Assembly (NCBI GenBank): GCA_963700635.1
Contig: CAVOYH010000004.1
Span: forward strand, 192,001 to 256,000
Source: an uncultured Bacteroidota bacterium
GTDB lineage: Bacteria > Bacteroidota > Ignavibacteria > UBA10030 > UBA6906
Length of the DNA stretch: 64,000 nucleotides
Direction of reading: 5' to 3'
The notes under the pieces were generated by a model. It had not been told where the DNA came from, ran no database searches, and saw only the letters and a program-made list of their open reading frames with translations. Both the position numbers and the translations under genes were made by a program. Positions 1-11,400 of this stretch are shown one piece after another (position 1 is the stretch's first letter; the number at the start of each line of letters is the position of its first letter).

Positions 1-40
1 CAGGGCATGGGGGTGTACTCGACAGGTTCGACAGCGTCAT
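1..40 (-). CDS. Possible 5' end of a divergently transcribed gene running off the left edge
   Basis: Minus-strand ATG at 40-38 with GGAGA ~8 nt upstream; only 13 codons visible (MTLSNLSSTPPCP). Confidence 0.3.
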   Translation of the reverse strand, partial: MTLSNLSSTPPCP

Positions 41-93
41 GATGGCGTCTCCGTTTCTTTTTCTGTATCTCGACTTTATAGTGTTTTGAAGGG

Positions 94-1416
94 TTGGTGA
101 TGGTGAAGCGAGTCCGTGCGGGTGGTGCAGGCAGGCCCAGCGTCCATGTGATTACCATGGGGTGCGCGAAGAACACCGTTGATTCCGAAAAACTGCTGGC
201 ACAGTTGCGGATCAACCGGATTCCTATTGCCGGTTCCATCGAAGACGCCGATGTAGCGGTGATCAATACGTGCGGGTTTATCGACGCTGCCAAAGAAGAG
301 TCGATTGACATGATCATTGCAAACGTGAAGCGGAAGGGGAAGGGCCGACTCCGCAAAGTGCTTGCGATGGGATGCCTCACCGAGAGGTACCGGGTGGATC
401 TGGAACGGGAGATTCCCGAAGTTGACCGGTTCTTTGGTTCGCATCAGTTGGCTGATGTTATCGAAGAGCTGGGCGGTCATCTCCGGAAAGAGCTCCTCGG
501 TGAACGTTTGTTGACCACCCCCTCGCATACGGCCTATCTGAAGATCTCGGAGGGGTGCGACCATCCCTGTTCTTTTTGCGCCATCCCGCAGATGCGGGGG
601 ACGCACGTCAGCCGGCCCATGAAAGAGATCATGGCAGAGGCCCGTCTTCTTGCCGAGGGGGGGGTGAAGGAGCTGGTGGTAATCGGACAGGACACGACAT
701 ATTACGGGATGGACCGATGGGGCGAACGGAGACTTGCCCGATTGCTGGAACAGCTGACGTCTGTGGATGGCATTGAATGGATCCGCCTCATGTACGCCTA
801 TCCCGCCCACTTCCCGTTGGATGTGTTCGATGTTATGGCTGAGAATGACCGCATCTGCAACTATATTGACATGCCGGTGCAGCACGCTTCCGAAACCGTG
901 CTCAAATCCATGCGCCGGGGAATGTCAGCCCGCACGCTGAGGGAGGTCATAACACAGGCCAGGACGCGTGTTCCCGGTATTTGCCTTCGCACGACGCTTA
1001 TTGTGGGCTATCCTGATGAAGGCGAAAAGGAATTTGAGGAACTTCTCTCCTTCGTCAGGGAAACCCGGTTTGACCGTCTGGGAGTTTTTACGTATTCCCG
1101 GGAGGAAGGCACAACAGCCCATCCGCTGGGCGATCCGGTGTCTCCATCAGAAAAAGAGAGGAGAAGGGGAGCAGTGATGGAGGCTCAGAGGGAGGTCTCG
1201 GAGGCCAAAAACGGGGCGCTGATAGGGTCAAATCAGCATGTGCTTGTAGATCGCGAGGAAGGGGGAACGTTTTACGGGAGAACCAGAATGGATGCTCCGG
1301 AAATCGACAATGAGGTGATCCTGCCCCCCAATCCGGCCTTGTTGGTGGGGAGCTTTTACGACGCCGTAATTGTTGATGCTTATGAGTATGATCTTATTGG
1401 AAGGGTAACTTCATGA
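94..1416 (+). CDS. rimO: Ribosomal protein S12 methylthiotransferase RimO
   Basis: N-terminal MGCAKNTVDSE and NTCGFI motifs, radical SAM CxxxCxxC (CDHPCSFC), C-terminal TRAM-like DAPEID...YDLIG; true start may be ATG 100. Confidence 0.95.
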   Translation: MVMVKRVRAGGAGRPSVHVITMGCAKNTVDSEKLLAQLRINRIPIAGSIEDADVAVINTCGFIDAAKEESIDMIIANVKRKGKGRLRKVLAMGCLTERYRVDLEREIPEVDRFFGSHQLADVIEELGGHLRKELLGERLLTTPSHTAYLKISEGCDHPCSFCAIPQMRGTHVSRPMKEIMAEARLLAEGGVKELVVIGQDTTYYGMDRWGERRLARLLEQLTSVDGIEWIRLMYAYPAHFPLDVFDVMAENDRICNYIDMPVQHASETVLKSMRRGMSARTLREVITQARTRVPGICLRTTLIVGYPDEGEKEFEELLSFVRETRFDRLGVFTYSREEGTTAHPLGDPVSPSEKERRRGAVMEAQREVSEAKNGALIGSNQHVLVDREEGGTFYGRTRMDAPEIDNEVILPPNPALLVGSFYDAVIVDAYEYDLIGRVTS

Positions 1417-2732
1417 CAACCATCGGGCGATCATCAAACCGTCTTCTTCGAATCGTTGGGATGGCCATGTGCCTCTACACAGCGGATACGGCTGCCCAGG
1501 TGGAGGTAAGTGGCGTGGTCCCCGATCCCATGGGTCAATCCTTTTTTATTGATGCCATTGCTTTTGCTGGACGGGACGGCCAGAGCAGCCGCCTCGACGT
1601 TTTTGCCATGGTTGGGTATGATATTCTGAGCTTTGTGAAGAGTAACGATCTGTATGATGCCTCCTATGAGATGACCATCTCCATTTTTGATTCGTCCAAC
1701 ACGCTTATCAGCGAAAAACTGTGGACGGAGGACATCAAAAGTGTTCCCTTTGAACGGTCTGTCTCTCCCGGGGCCATGAGCATCACGCAAAGAGTTTTTA
1801 CCCTTGCGCCGGGCCGCTACGCCGTGCGGGCAGTCATGAGGGACAGGGAGAGCAAGGCCTCCCGGCAGATCGTCCGTCAATTGCTGGTATCCGACTATGC
1901 CGCCTCTGACTTTAGCATAAGTGACATCATGCTGCTCAGCCGGGTCTCGATGCAGGGTGGGCGCCGCTCCATTACACCGAGTGTCTCACCCAATATCGCA
2001 CTCCTCCCTGATGCCTTCTTCATGTACCTCGAGGTGTACAATACGCGCTCACTGGACTCCGTCTCGTTCGTCAGTGCCATTCTGGACAAGAAAGGGGACC
2101 CGGTGTTCTCGGCCGATACGCTGGTGGTTCTCAATCCCGACCGCAACGAACTTATTCTGCGGGTTGCTCATGGAAATCTCCCCATCGGCGACTACCGACT
2201 GATTGTGAGCGCGCGTGACATCCATGCGGCCGAAGATGACCGGTCGCTGGCATCCACCAACCGGACGGTTGTTGTACGGTGGCAGGGGCTCCCCCGCTCG
2301 ATCAAGGATATGGACCTTGCCATCGAACAGTTGCGGTACATTGCCAAGGATGACGAGTTCTCCATTCTCAAAAATGCAGTCACTCCCGAAGAGAAACAGG
2401 CCAGGTTCCAGGAGTTCTGGAAGAAACGGGATCCTAATCCCAACACACCGCGAAATGAAAAGATGGAAGACTACTACGCGCGGATCGAGTATGCAAACAA
2501 GCACTTTAGTCACTACATTGAAGGGTGGCGGACGGATATGGGGATGATCTATATCATCTTCGGCGCGCCCAACAATGTCGACCGCCATCCGTTCGAAGTC
2601 GATTCCAAACCATACGAAGTGTGGGCGTACTACGATCTCAACTATAACATCATTTTCGTGGATGAAACGGGGTTTGGCGACTACCGCCTTCAAACTCCGA
2701 TTTGGGAAATCTGGCAGCGGGTGCGCAACTGA
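1413..2732 (+). CDS. GWxTD domain-containing secreted protein
   Basis: Signal peptide; FWKKRDPNPNTPRNE and EGWRTDMGMIYIIFGAP motifs; ATGA overlap with rimO. Confidence 0.9.
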   Translation: MTTIGRSSNRLLRIVGMAMCLYTADTAAQVEVSGVVPDPMGQSFFIDAIAFAGRDGQSSRLDVFAMVGYDILSFVKSNDLYDASYEMTISIFDSSNTLISEKLWTEDIKSVPFERSVSPGAMSITQRVFTLAPGRYAVRAVMRDRESKASRQIVRQLLVSDYAASDFSISDIMLLSRVSMQGGRRSITPSVSPNIALLPDAFFMYLEVYNTRSLDSVSFVSAILDKKGDPVFSADTLVVLNPDRNELILRVAHGNLPIGDYRLIVSARDIHAAEDDRSLASTNRTVVVRWQGLPRSIKDMDLAIEQLRYIAKDDEFSILKNAVTPEEKQARFQEFWKKRDPNPNTPRNEKMEDYYARIEYANKHFSHYIEGWRTDMGMIYIIFGAPNNVDRHPFEVDSKPYEVWAYYDLNYNIIFVDETGFGDYRLQTPIWEIWQRVRN

Positions 2733-2733
2733 C

Positions 2734-4524
2734 ATGAACCTCGCACGGACCCGGCCGATGAGACTCTGCGGTCTGGTCCTTTGTATCACTGCCTGCGGCA
2801 TGCTGCACGCCCAGCCTGCCGGAGGGAGTGTCGGAAGCCGCGCGCCGCGTATTACATCCATTCTCTTCCAGAACCATCCCGCATTTACCGCACGGGAGAT
2901 AGCCGGATGGCTCTTCACCCGCCCGCAAGAACGTTACTCCCCTGAACGGCTCCAGAGCGATCTGATCACAATCCGTGATCGGTACCGCGCCGCAGGCTTC
3001 TACGGCGCTGAAGTAATGCTGGCAGAATGTCTCTTCTCAGCCGACACAAGCACGGTTGACCTCACGATTAATATTGTGGAAGGGAAACAAACCGTATTTG
3101 CCGGGATACGTGTCCTCGGTGGAACACAACCCGGCACCGGAGCATTCGCCGCACTTCTGGAGAGCAAGGTTGGCGATCCGGTGAATGTACGGGTCCTGGA
3201 GGGGGATATCTCGGCCCTGCTGGATCGGTATGACCGGTACGGGTTTGCTCTTGCGGATTGCCGGATCGACAGTGTGGCCATACGGCACGGTGACCAGGTC
3301 GACTCCGCAGAAGTCTTTGTGAAGGTATCAGAGGGACCGAGATTCTTGATTGACGAAGTGCGGGTCGAGGGAAACAAGGAAACGCAGACCGCGGTAATCC
3401 TCCGCGAAGCCCGGCTGCAACCCGGCGAGCCATTTGATCCCGCGCGCGCCTCTGCGATACGGCAACGGCTCATGCGGCTGAACATCTTCTCACAGGTTTC
3501 TGAACCCGCATTGTATATGAGGGGGGACCGCGGGGGATTACTGATACAGGTGCAGGAAGGCTCCACCAATACCTTCGACGGCGTCGTCGGGTATATTCCG
3601 GGCAGCGTAGCCGGAGAGGGGGGCACGTTCACGGGCATGGTGACCATCGTCATGCGTAATCTCTTCGGGACTGGCCGGAAGATGAATCTGCGGTGGCAGA
3701 AAGAAGACCGTACCACGCAGGATCTCGCGCTCGCGTACACGGAACCATGGCTGTTTGGCCTTCCGGTGAATGTCGGGGCCGAATTCCAGCAAAGGAGGCA
3801 GGACACCACCTACGTCCGGCAGGCGGGGCGATTACGCGCGGAACTTATGGTCTCGGAAGAGCTATCGGTCAGCGTCGTGGGTGGATCGGAAAGTGTTATT
3901 CCATCTTCCGATACCCTGACAACGAGAGTTCCGCGCAGCTCCATGCTCACCATCGGGGGGGAGGCGTTGTATGATACCAGGGATGATCTCTACAACCCCG
4001 CCCGTGGCGCCCGGTACAGAGCGGACTACCACTTCGGAAGGAAGCGGGTAAACGAATCTCCGGGTGCTGTTCCGGTAACCGCCTCGGTTCAGCGTTTCGG
4101 ACTCGATCTTGAGTTCTATATCTCACCGTTCGCGCGACAGGTTATAGCAATGGGCCTTCATGGACGTCAGGTTCAGGGAGGAAGTATTGATGACAGCGAG
4201 TTGTTCCGATTTGGCGGTGCCAATACCCTGCGCGGGTACAGAGAAAACCAGTTTGTCGGCGCGAGGGTCGCGTGGACAAATACCGAGTACCGTCTGGTCG
4301 TTGGACGCCAGTCGTTCCTCTACGGATTCTTTGACACGGGGTATTACAGCCGACCGGGCAGTGTCGTACGATCCACACCCGGGTCCGAAGCCTTTCATTT
4401 CGGCTATGGGATCGGCATGCGGTTTGATACCCCCCTGGGAAATCTCGGCGTGAGCTTCGCACTCGGAAAGGGAGATTCCTTCGCACAGGGGAAGGTCCAT
4501 TTTGGGATTCTGAATGAATTCTGA
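2734..4524 (+). CDS. Omp85/BamA-TamA family outer membrane protein with POTRA domains
   Basis: Signal peptide from ATG 2734, POTRA motifs (VEGNKETQTAVILRE), NLFGTG, GGANTLRGY, C-terminal Phe. Confidence 0.88.
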   Translation: MNLARTRPMRLCGLVLCITACGMLHAQPAGGSVGSRAPRITSILFQNHPAFTAREIAGWLFTRPQERYSPERLQSDLITIRDRYRAAGFYGAEVMLAECLFSADTSTVDLTINIVEGKQTVFAGIRVLGGTQPGTGAFAALLESKVGDPVNVRVLEGDISALLDRYDRYGFALADCRIDSVAIRHGDQVDSAEVFVKVSEGPRFLIDEVRVEGNKETQTAVILREARLQPGEPFDPARASAIRQRLMRLNIFSQVSEPALYMRGDRGGLLIQVQEGSTNTFDGVVGYIPGSVAGEGGTFTGMVTIVMRNLFGTGRKMNLRWQKEDRTTQDLALAYTEPWLFGLPVNVGAEFQQRRQDTTYVRQAGRLRAELMVSEELSVSVVGGSESVIPSSDTLTTRVPRSSMLTIGGEALYDTRDDLYNPARGARYRADYHFGRKRVNESPGAVPVTASVQRFGLDLEFYISPFARQVIAMGLHGRQVQGGSIDDSELFRFGGANTLRGYRENQFVGARVAWTNTEYRLVVGRQSFLYGFFDTGYYSRPGSVVRSTPGSEAFHFGYGIGMRFDTPLGNLGVSFALGKGDSFAQGKVHFGILNEF

Positions 4525-5221
4525 CCCCGGCCTACATCCCGGCATTAGCACGCTCCATGAAGAAATACTCTGGAGGCAGGGAAGCCTGCACATCGCCGGA
4601 GTTGACGAGGCCGGACGGGGACCCCTCGCGGGTCCGGTCGTGGCCGCAGCAGTAATTTTTCCTCCCCACCTCACGTTACCCGGTGTGGATGATTCGAAAA
4701 AGCTCACCCCCGATCGCCGGGAACAACTCTTTGAAATCATTCACGCCCGGGCGCTTGCCGTTGGATGTGGTGTTGTCGGACACCTCGAAATCGACAGCAT
4801 CAATATCCTGCAGGCGACGTACAAGGCGATGCACCTGGCCCTGGCCTCCCTGCCGGTAACCCCGCAACACGTTCTGGTTGACGGAAACAGCTTCCCTGGA
4901 ACGGGAATTCCCTACACGACGATTGTGAATGGGGATGCCTTATGTCATACGATTGCTGCAGCCTCCATCATTGCAAAGGTCACACGCGACCGCCTCATGT
5001 CAGAGTCTGATCTTCTCTATCCGGGCTACGGATTTGCCAGGCATAAGGGGTACGGTACCGTTGCGCATCGTGAAGCCCTGGCACGATTGGGCCCCTGTCC
5101 GATTCACCGCCGTACATTTCTGCGGAACCTCAGACCGATTTGTCCGGGCGAAGTTCCGGGGGAGGGAAATCAAAAAGGAGAAATGATGACCGGGGGGAAG
5201 GGGCGTGACCAACTGGGGTAG
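4514..5221 (+). CDS. rnhB: Ribonuclease HII
   Basis: AGVDEAGRGPLAGPVVAAAV, DDSKKL, IAAASIIAKVTRD, HKGYGT motifs. Confidence 0.96.
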   Translation: MNSDPGLHPGISTLHEEILWRQGSLHIAGVDEAGRGPLAGPVVAAAVIFPPHLTLPGVDDSKKLTPDRREQLFEIIHARALAVGCGVVGHLEIDSINILQATYKAMHLALASLPVTPQHVLVDGNSFPGTGIPYTTIVNGDALCHTIAAASIIAKVTRDRLMSESDLLYPGYGFARHKGYGTVAHREALARLGPCPIHRRTFLRNLRPICPGEVPGEGNQKGEMMTGGKGRDQLG

Positions 5222-5552
5222 TGTTGGCGAGTCTCTTGCGCAAACGTATCTTGCGAACCATGGATTCCGGATACGTGCCACCAATTACCGGTTCCACCAC
5301 GGGGAAATCGATATTGTTGCCGAAGAAGGAGAAGTGCTTGTATTCTGTGAGGTAAAAACCAGAACGAACACGGAGTTTGGCCCGCCGGAGTGTGCGTTGT
5401 CCGTGCAAAAACAGCGCCAGCTGCGTCGGCTGGCGCAGGCGTACCTGACTGTACACCATGTTCACGACCGGATCTGCAGGTTCGACGTTATCGCAATTCG
5501 TGTCGAAGCAGGGCAGGCACATATTCATCACATCCGCGACGCTTTCCGATAG
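5205..5552 (+). CDS. yraN: YraN family (UPF0102) putative endonuclease
   Basis: GEIDIVA...FCEVKTR and CRFDVI motifs; usual rnhB neighbour. Confidence 0.92.
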   Translation: MTNWGSVGESLAQTYLANHGFRIRATNYRFHHGEIDIVAEEGEVLVFCEVKTRTNTEFGPPECALSVQKQRQLRRLAQAYLTVHHVHDRICRFDVIAIRVEAGQAHIHHIRDAFR

Positions 5553-5622
5553 CCGAATCCCCGGTTTACATCTTCCCCCCCCCGGTCGTTCCCCTCGATT
5601 CCTGCCTGGTAGACGTTAGTGT

Positions 5623-7284
5623 CTACCCTTCTACGGCTGTGACAATCGCCGGCACGCCGGAGCGCCGCAGACGCTTGTACACTTCATACGCGATGATGAT
5701 TCCAAGCAGCATCAGTACCACAGCGATGATTCCAAGGGCGACATTGTTCCCCGGGATGTACTGCCAGAAGAGCTGATAGAACAGGGCAGCCTCTGTGGTA
5801 AGGAGCATAAACAGGCCCGGGATGAGAGTGTACGCAGTCCGGCGTTTGAACCCGAAGAGGTAGGCTGAAACGACGAGCAGAGAAAGGGCGGCAATGAGCT
5901 GATTCGCTGCGCCGAAGGCCGGCCAGAGTACTTCGCCGCCGTGGCCGAGAGTAAGGAGGTAAGCCACAACGAGTCCGGCCGCAGTTGCGGTGTACCGGTT
6001 GTTGAGAACCGGGACCTTTTTTCCGACACTCTCGGTCACAATAAAGCGGGTCAGGCGTGTACAGGTGTCGAGGGTGGTCAGGATAAACGCGTTCAGCATG
6101 AGTACACCAAATGCCGTTCCGTACACAAGCGGGATACCGATACTCTCCATAACCCTTCCCATTGCCGTCCCGAATGTGATATTCGGTCCCTTGTCCGCCA
6201 GCAGGGTCTGGAACACGAATCCGGAAAGGTCCCCGGACGGAGGAATCGTCCAGTAAAGCACACTGGCCATAAGGAGGATCACAATTGCGGCGAGCGCTCC
6301 TTCTGTGAGCATTCCGCCAAAGGCGACTTTTCGCCCGTCGCTCTCCTTGCGGAGTTGTTTGGCTGTGGTCCCGCTGGAGACCACAGAATGGAAACCGGAT
6401 ACCGCCCCGCACGCTACGGTAATAAACAGGATTGGCCAGAGCGGACCCTTTGCGCTGTCGAAGGTGACAAAGGCCGGACCGGTTATTTCCGGTTGCAGGA
6501 CGAGGAGCGAAACAAACGCCAGGCCGAGGCCGGCGATGAGGATGTACATCGACAGGTAATCACGCGGTTGGAGGAGCACCCACACCGGCAGGGTTGCGGC
6601 CATGAAGCAGTAGATAAGCGAGAACACCAGCCAGAACTCATACGTTGCCGGAACCGGGACCAGATCGCCGACGATGATGAGGCCGACCATCAGAACAAGC
6701 GCGAACACAGTACCTACCCAGACGTTAACACCTTTGCGGTACACGGCAAAGCCGAAGCCGACCGCCAGCAGCACAAGACCCAATGTCGGGATAACAATTT
6801 CGGGTTGCTGGGCCAGTGTTTGGGCCGTGAACACAGCAAACACGGCGATAACAAGAACAAGTGCGAGCCAGAGGAATGCGGAGAAAATCCAGCGTGCCGT
6901 GCTGGAGACGTGTTTTTCCGCGAGGTCGGCGATGGAGACGCCCTTGTGTCTGACCGACGCCATAAGCGATGTATAATCGTGCACGGCGCCAATGAACACC
7001 GATCCGAGCAGCACCCACAATAAAGCGGGAAGCCAGCCGAAGAGCGAATATGCCAGAATCGGTCCGACGATCGGCCCTGCCCCGGCTATCGAAGAAAAAT
7101 GGTGGCCGAAGAGTATTCCGGGCTGGGTGGGCATGTAATCGATATCGTCTCTTTCGGTATGCGCGGGTGTGGGCAAATCATCGGATGGCCGGACGACCTG
7201 TTTGTCTATGATATTCCCATACCAACGGTACATAAACGCGAACCAGAGTGCGCCGAGGACACCAATCAGGGCGGCATTCAGCAT
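5623..7284 (-). CDS. cstA: Carbon starvation protein A family transporter
   Basis: FGHHFSSIAGAGPIVGP, LLQPRDY, ITVACGAVSGFH motifs; many TM segments. Confidence 0.93.
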   Translation of the reverse strand: MLNAALIGVLGALWFAFMYRWYGNIIDKQVVRPSDDLPTPAHTERDDIDYMPTQPGILFGHHFSSIAGAGPIVGPILAYSLFGWLPALLWVLLGSVFIGAVHDYTSLMASVRHKGVSIADLAEKHVSSTARWIFSAFLWLALVLVIAVFAVFTAQTLAQQPEIVIPTLGLVLLAVGFGFAVYRKGVNVWVGTVFALVLMVGLIIVGDLVPVPATYEFWLVFSLIYCFMAATLPVWVLLQPRDYLSMYILIAGLGLAFVSLLVLQPEITGPAFVTFDSAKGPLWPILFITVACGAVSGFHSVVSSGTTAKQLRKESDGRKVAFGGMLTEGALAAIVILLMASVLYWTIPPSGDLSGFVFQTLLADKGPNITFGTAMGRVMESIGIPLVYGTAFGVLMLNAFILTTLDTCTRLTRFIVTESVGKKVPVLNNRYTATAAGLVVAYLLTLGHGGEVLWPAFGAANQLIAALSLLVVSAYLFGFKRRTAYTLIPGLFMLLTTEAALFYQLFWQYIPGNNVALGIIAVVLMLLGIIIAYEVYKRLRRSGVPAIVTAVEG

Positions 7285-7396
7285 GAGGCAGTCTCCATTT
7301 TGAAGCGTGGTGTAATCCTGCGCGGGGAGCGCAGAGTATTAGAACAAAGCTACAGATTTTTTGGCGCCGGGGCAACTGCCTCTGTTTCATATGCGG

Positions 7397-8353
7397 TCAC
7401 GCATTGACCACATTACGGGGCTGGCCGTTCAGAAACGCCCGTACGTTCTCGACGACTTCTTCGAGCAATCGACCGCGTGCCGCCGTACTCGCCCAGGCAA
7501 AATGCGGGGTGACGTAGCAGTTCCGCGCTGTCAACAGCGGATGATCCGCGGGGGGAGGTTCTTGCTCCAGGACATCCAGGCCAGCCCCGGCAATGCTCCC
7601 GGTTTCGAGTGCTTCATGGAGAGCACGTTCATCAATGACCTGGCCGCGGCTGGTGTTGATGAGGAACGCCGTCGGTTTCATCATCCCCAGGCGTTTCCGG
7701 TTCACCAGGTGCGTCGTTTCAGGAGTCAAAGGACAGTGGAGCGTGAGCACATCAGCGTGCGAAAACAGGTCTTCCAGCGTGACCATCCGGATCTGTGGGG
7801 GTGCTGAGACTGTTGAGGAGGGGTCGAACGCGATGACCTCCATGTTCAACGCCTCCGCCACACGTGCCACCGATCCGCCTATACGCCCCAGCCCCACAAT
7901 TCCCATGGTCTTCCGGCTCAGTTCTATCAGCGGAGCATCCCAGAACGCAAAATCAGCGGATGCCGACCAACGGCCGTTGCGCACCGCATCCGTGTGAAAC
8001 GCGATGCGGTGTGTCAGATTCAGGAGATGCGCAAACACAACCTGCACAACGGACATCGTGCCGTAGCTGGGGACGTTGGTGACGGGGATTCCCCGTTCCC
8101 GTGCAGCGGCGGCATCAACAATGTTGTAACCCGTGGCGAGAACGCCGATATATCGGAGCGAAGGAAGCAACGCGATCGTCTCCGCGGAAAGGGGGGTCTT
8201 GTTCGTGAGGACAATATCGGCCGGTGCAGCGCGCGTGACGATGTCTGAAACCGGGGTCCGATCGTATACCGTACACTCACCGAGTGCCTCAAGCGTATCC
8301 CAACGAAGATCGCCGGGATTGAGTGTAAATCCGTCGAGCACAACGATTCTCAT
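7397..8353 (-). CDS. D-2-hydroxyacid dehydrogenase (glycerate dehydrogenase/hydroxypyruvate reductase-like)
   Basis: MRIVVLDGFTLNPGDL start, GLGRIG Rossmann motif, INTSRG, TPHFAW. Confidence 0.9.
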   Translation of the reverse strand: MRIVVLDGFTLNPGDLRWDTLEALGECTVYDRTPVSDIVTRAAPADIVLTNKTPLSAETIALLPSLRYIGVLATGYNIVDAAAARERGIPVTNVPSYGTMSVVQVVFAHLLNLTHRIAFHTDAVRNGRWSASADFAFWDAPLIELSRKTMGIVGLGRIGGSVARVAEALNMEVIAFDPSSTVSAPPQIRMVTLEDLFSHADVLTLHCPLTPETTHLVNRKRLGMMKPTAFLINTSRGQVIDERALHEALETGSIAGAGLDVLEQEPPPADHPLLTARNCYVTPHFAWASTAARGRLLEEVVENVRAFLNGQPRNVVNA

Positions 8354-8429
8354 AGTTCCTCTCTGATATCGTGTAATAGTAACATGTTTACGCTTTACCC
8401 GCAACGGTCATCTTCCGTTGATCCGCGCA

Positions 8430-8458
8430 TTGCAGAAAAGCCGCTATTGTCGTATATT
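8430..8458 (+). promoter_or_regulatory. Sigma70-type promoter upstream of carB
   Basis: TTGCAG-N17-TATATT. Confidence 0.55.
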
Positions 8459-8487
8459 CATGCGCAACTATCCAGGAACATCCCCCA

Positions 8488-11400
8488 TTGCCAAAACGGA
8501 CTGACCTTCACTCCATCCTCCTGATTGGATCCGGCCCGATCGTCATCGGCCAGGCGTGTGAATTTGACTATTCCGGCACGCAGGCCTGCAAAGTGCTTCG
8601 TGACGAAGGATTTCGTGTTATCCTCATCAACAGTAATCCCGCCACCATCATGACAGATCCGGACATTGCGGATCGTACCTACATTGAGCCGATTACACCG
8701 GAGTTTGTGGCAAAGATCATCGAGCGCGAACGCCCTGATGCAATTCTGCCTACCATGGGAGGCCAGACTGCGCTCAACACCGCGGTCGCTCTCGCTGAAC
8801 AGGGTGTGCTTGAACGGTACAACGTCGAGCTGATCGGCGCGAAACTGGATGCCATCAAAAAGGCTGAAGGGCGCGAGTTGTTCAAATCGGTAATGGATCA
8901 GGCCGGACTCGAGACCCCGAGGGGCGGGTTCGTGCATTCGATGGAAAATGCCGAAGAACTCGTCGCACAGTTCGGATTTCCGGTCATCATCCGTCCGTCC
9001 TTCACATTGGGCGGGACAGGGGGCGGCATTGCCATGAACGCGGATGAATTCGAGGAGAAAGTTCTGTACGGCCTCGAAGCAAGCCCGGTCCATGAAGTCC
9101 TGCTTGAAGAGTCCGTCATCGGCTGGAAAGAATACGAGCTGGAGGTCATGCGGGACCTCAAGGACAACGTCGTGATTGTCTGCTCCATCGAAAACCTGGA
9201 TCCCATGGGAGTGCACACGGGGGATTCCATCACTGTGGCACCGCAGCAGACCCTCACGGACAAAGAGTATCAGGCCATGCGCGATGACGCAATAAAGATC
9301 ATCCGTGCAATCGGGGTTGAGACCGGCGGATCGAACATCCAGTTCGCCGTGAACCCGCAGACGGGGAGGCGGCTTGTGATCGAGATGAACCCCCGGGTCT
9401 CCCGCTCTTCCGCGCTCGCGTCAAAGGCGACGGGTTTTGCCATTGCGAAGATCGCCACCAAACTTGCAATCGGCTATACACTTGATGAAATTCCCAATGA
9501 TATCACCCGCGTAACGCCCGCCTCCTTTGAACCAAGCATTGACTACTGTGTCGTGAAGATCCCACGCTGGGATTTTGAGAAATTTAAGGGCGTCGACGAG
9601 ATTCTGGGCGTGCAAATGAAATCCGTCGGCGAAGTTATGGCATTCGGGAGGACGTTCAAAGAGGCCCTCCAGAAGGCGCTGCGCTCGCTGGAACAGGATC
9701 GCCATGGCCTCGGGGCTGACGGAAGAGACACATGTAACGTTGTGTCTCTGTCAGAAGAGGAGCGTAAAGACTGGCGGCAACGGGTCAGGGACTACGTGGC
9801 CAAACCCCGTGCAGACCGCCTCTTTTATCTCCGGTATGGCATGCAACTCGGGATGGGTGATGCGGAGTTGTACGAACTTACCGGGATTGATCCCTGGTTT
9901 CTCGCTCAAATCCGGTCGATCGTTGACATGGAGGAGACCGTCCGCTCCGCGCCGGCACTTGAGCGCGAGTTGCTCTGGCAATCAAAACAATATGGCTTTT
10001 CTGACAGACAGCTGGCGTTCCTCCGGTCGACCGATCAGAACAGCATCCGCGCCCTTCGCAAGTCCCTGGGCGTTGTGCCGGTGTACAAGACAGTAGATAC
10101 ATGCGGTGCTGAATTCCAGGCCGAGACCCCGTACCACTATTCAACCTACGAGCAGGAAAACGAGGCAAGACGGTCAGACCGGAAGAAGATCGTGATCCTG
10201 GGCGGTGGCCCGAACCGTATCGGACAGGGAATTGAATTTGATTATTGCTGTGTGCACGGGGTCATGGGGCTGGCGGAAGAGGGTTACGAGACCATCATGG
10301 TCAACTGCAACCCTGAGACAGTATCCACCGATTACGACACGACGGACAAGCTGTACTTCGAACCGCTGACGTTGGAAGACGTGTTGAATATCTGTGATCT
10401 CGAGCAACCGGATGGCGTGATCGTGAGTTTTGGCGGTCAGACACCGCTCAAGCTTGCGCATGCACTGGAATCACACGGATATCGCATTCTGGGGACGACG
10501 ACCGATGGGATTGACCTTGCGGAAGACCGCAAACGGTTCGGTGCGTTGCTGGATGAACTCGGGATTGCTTGCCCGGCATACGGAACCGCATCCGACCTCG
10601 ACGGTGCCCTTCAAGCGGCACACCGGATCGGATATCCGGTCCTGATCCGTCCGTCCTATGTGCTCGGAGGGCGAGCCATGGAGATCTGCTATTCCGACGC
10701 TGGTCTGCGGGAGTACATGGCCAAAGCCGTGCACGTTTCAGAGGAGCGTCCCGTCTTAATCGACCGGTTCCTGGAAGATGCGTTTGAGTTTGATGTAGAT
10801 GCATTGTGTGATGGCACGGATGTGTACATCGGTGGCATAATGCAACATATTGAAGAGGCGGGGGTACATTCCGGAGACAGTGCCTGCGTGCTGCCCCCGT
10901 ACGCGGTGACCCCGCAACAACTCCACGATCTGGTCACCCACACGCGGCGCCTCGCGCTGGCATTACACGCGGTTGGACTGGTGAACATCCAGTATGCGAT
11001 GCAGAACGGCGTGGTAAGTGTCCTTGAGGTAAACCCGCGTGCTTCGCGCACCACTCCGTTTGTCAGCAAAGCCACCGGGGTTCCCCTTGCAAAAATCGCC
11101 GCGAAGTTGAAAGTCGGTCGGACCCTGAAAGACCTGGGTGTGCAGGGGTATTCCTGGGCAAAACACGTGTCGATCAAGGAATCGGTCTTCCCGTTCTCGA
11201 AATTCCCTCAGGCGCGACATTTCCTGGGGCCGGAGATGCGTTCGACGGGGGAGGTGATGGGTATCTCCGACAGCTTCGGTGCGTCTTTTGCGAAAGCTTC
11301 ACTGGCGGCGGGCACCGTTCTGCCGACAAAAGGCACGGTGTTTGTCAGTGTGAATGACAATGACAAGCAGCTGCGTGCGGTCAATATTGTGCGTTCCTAC

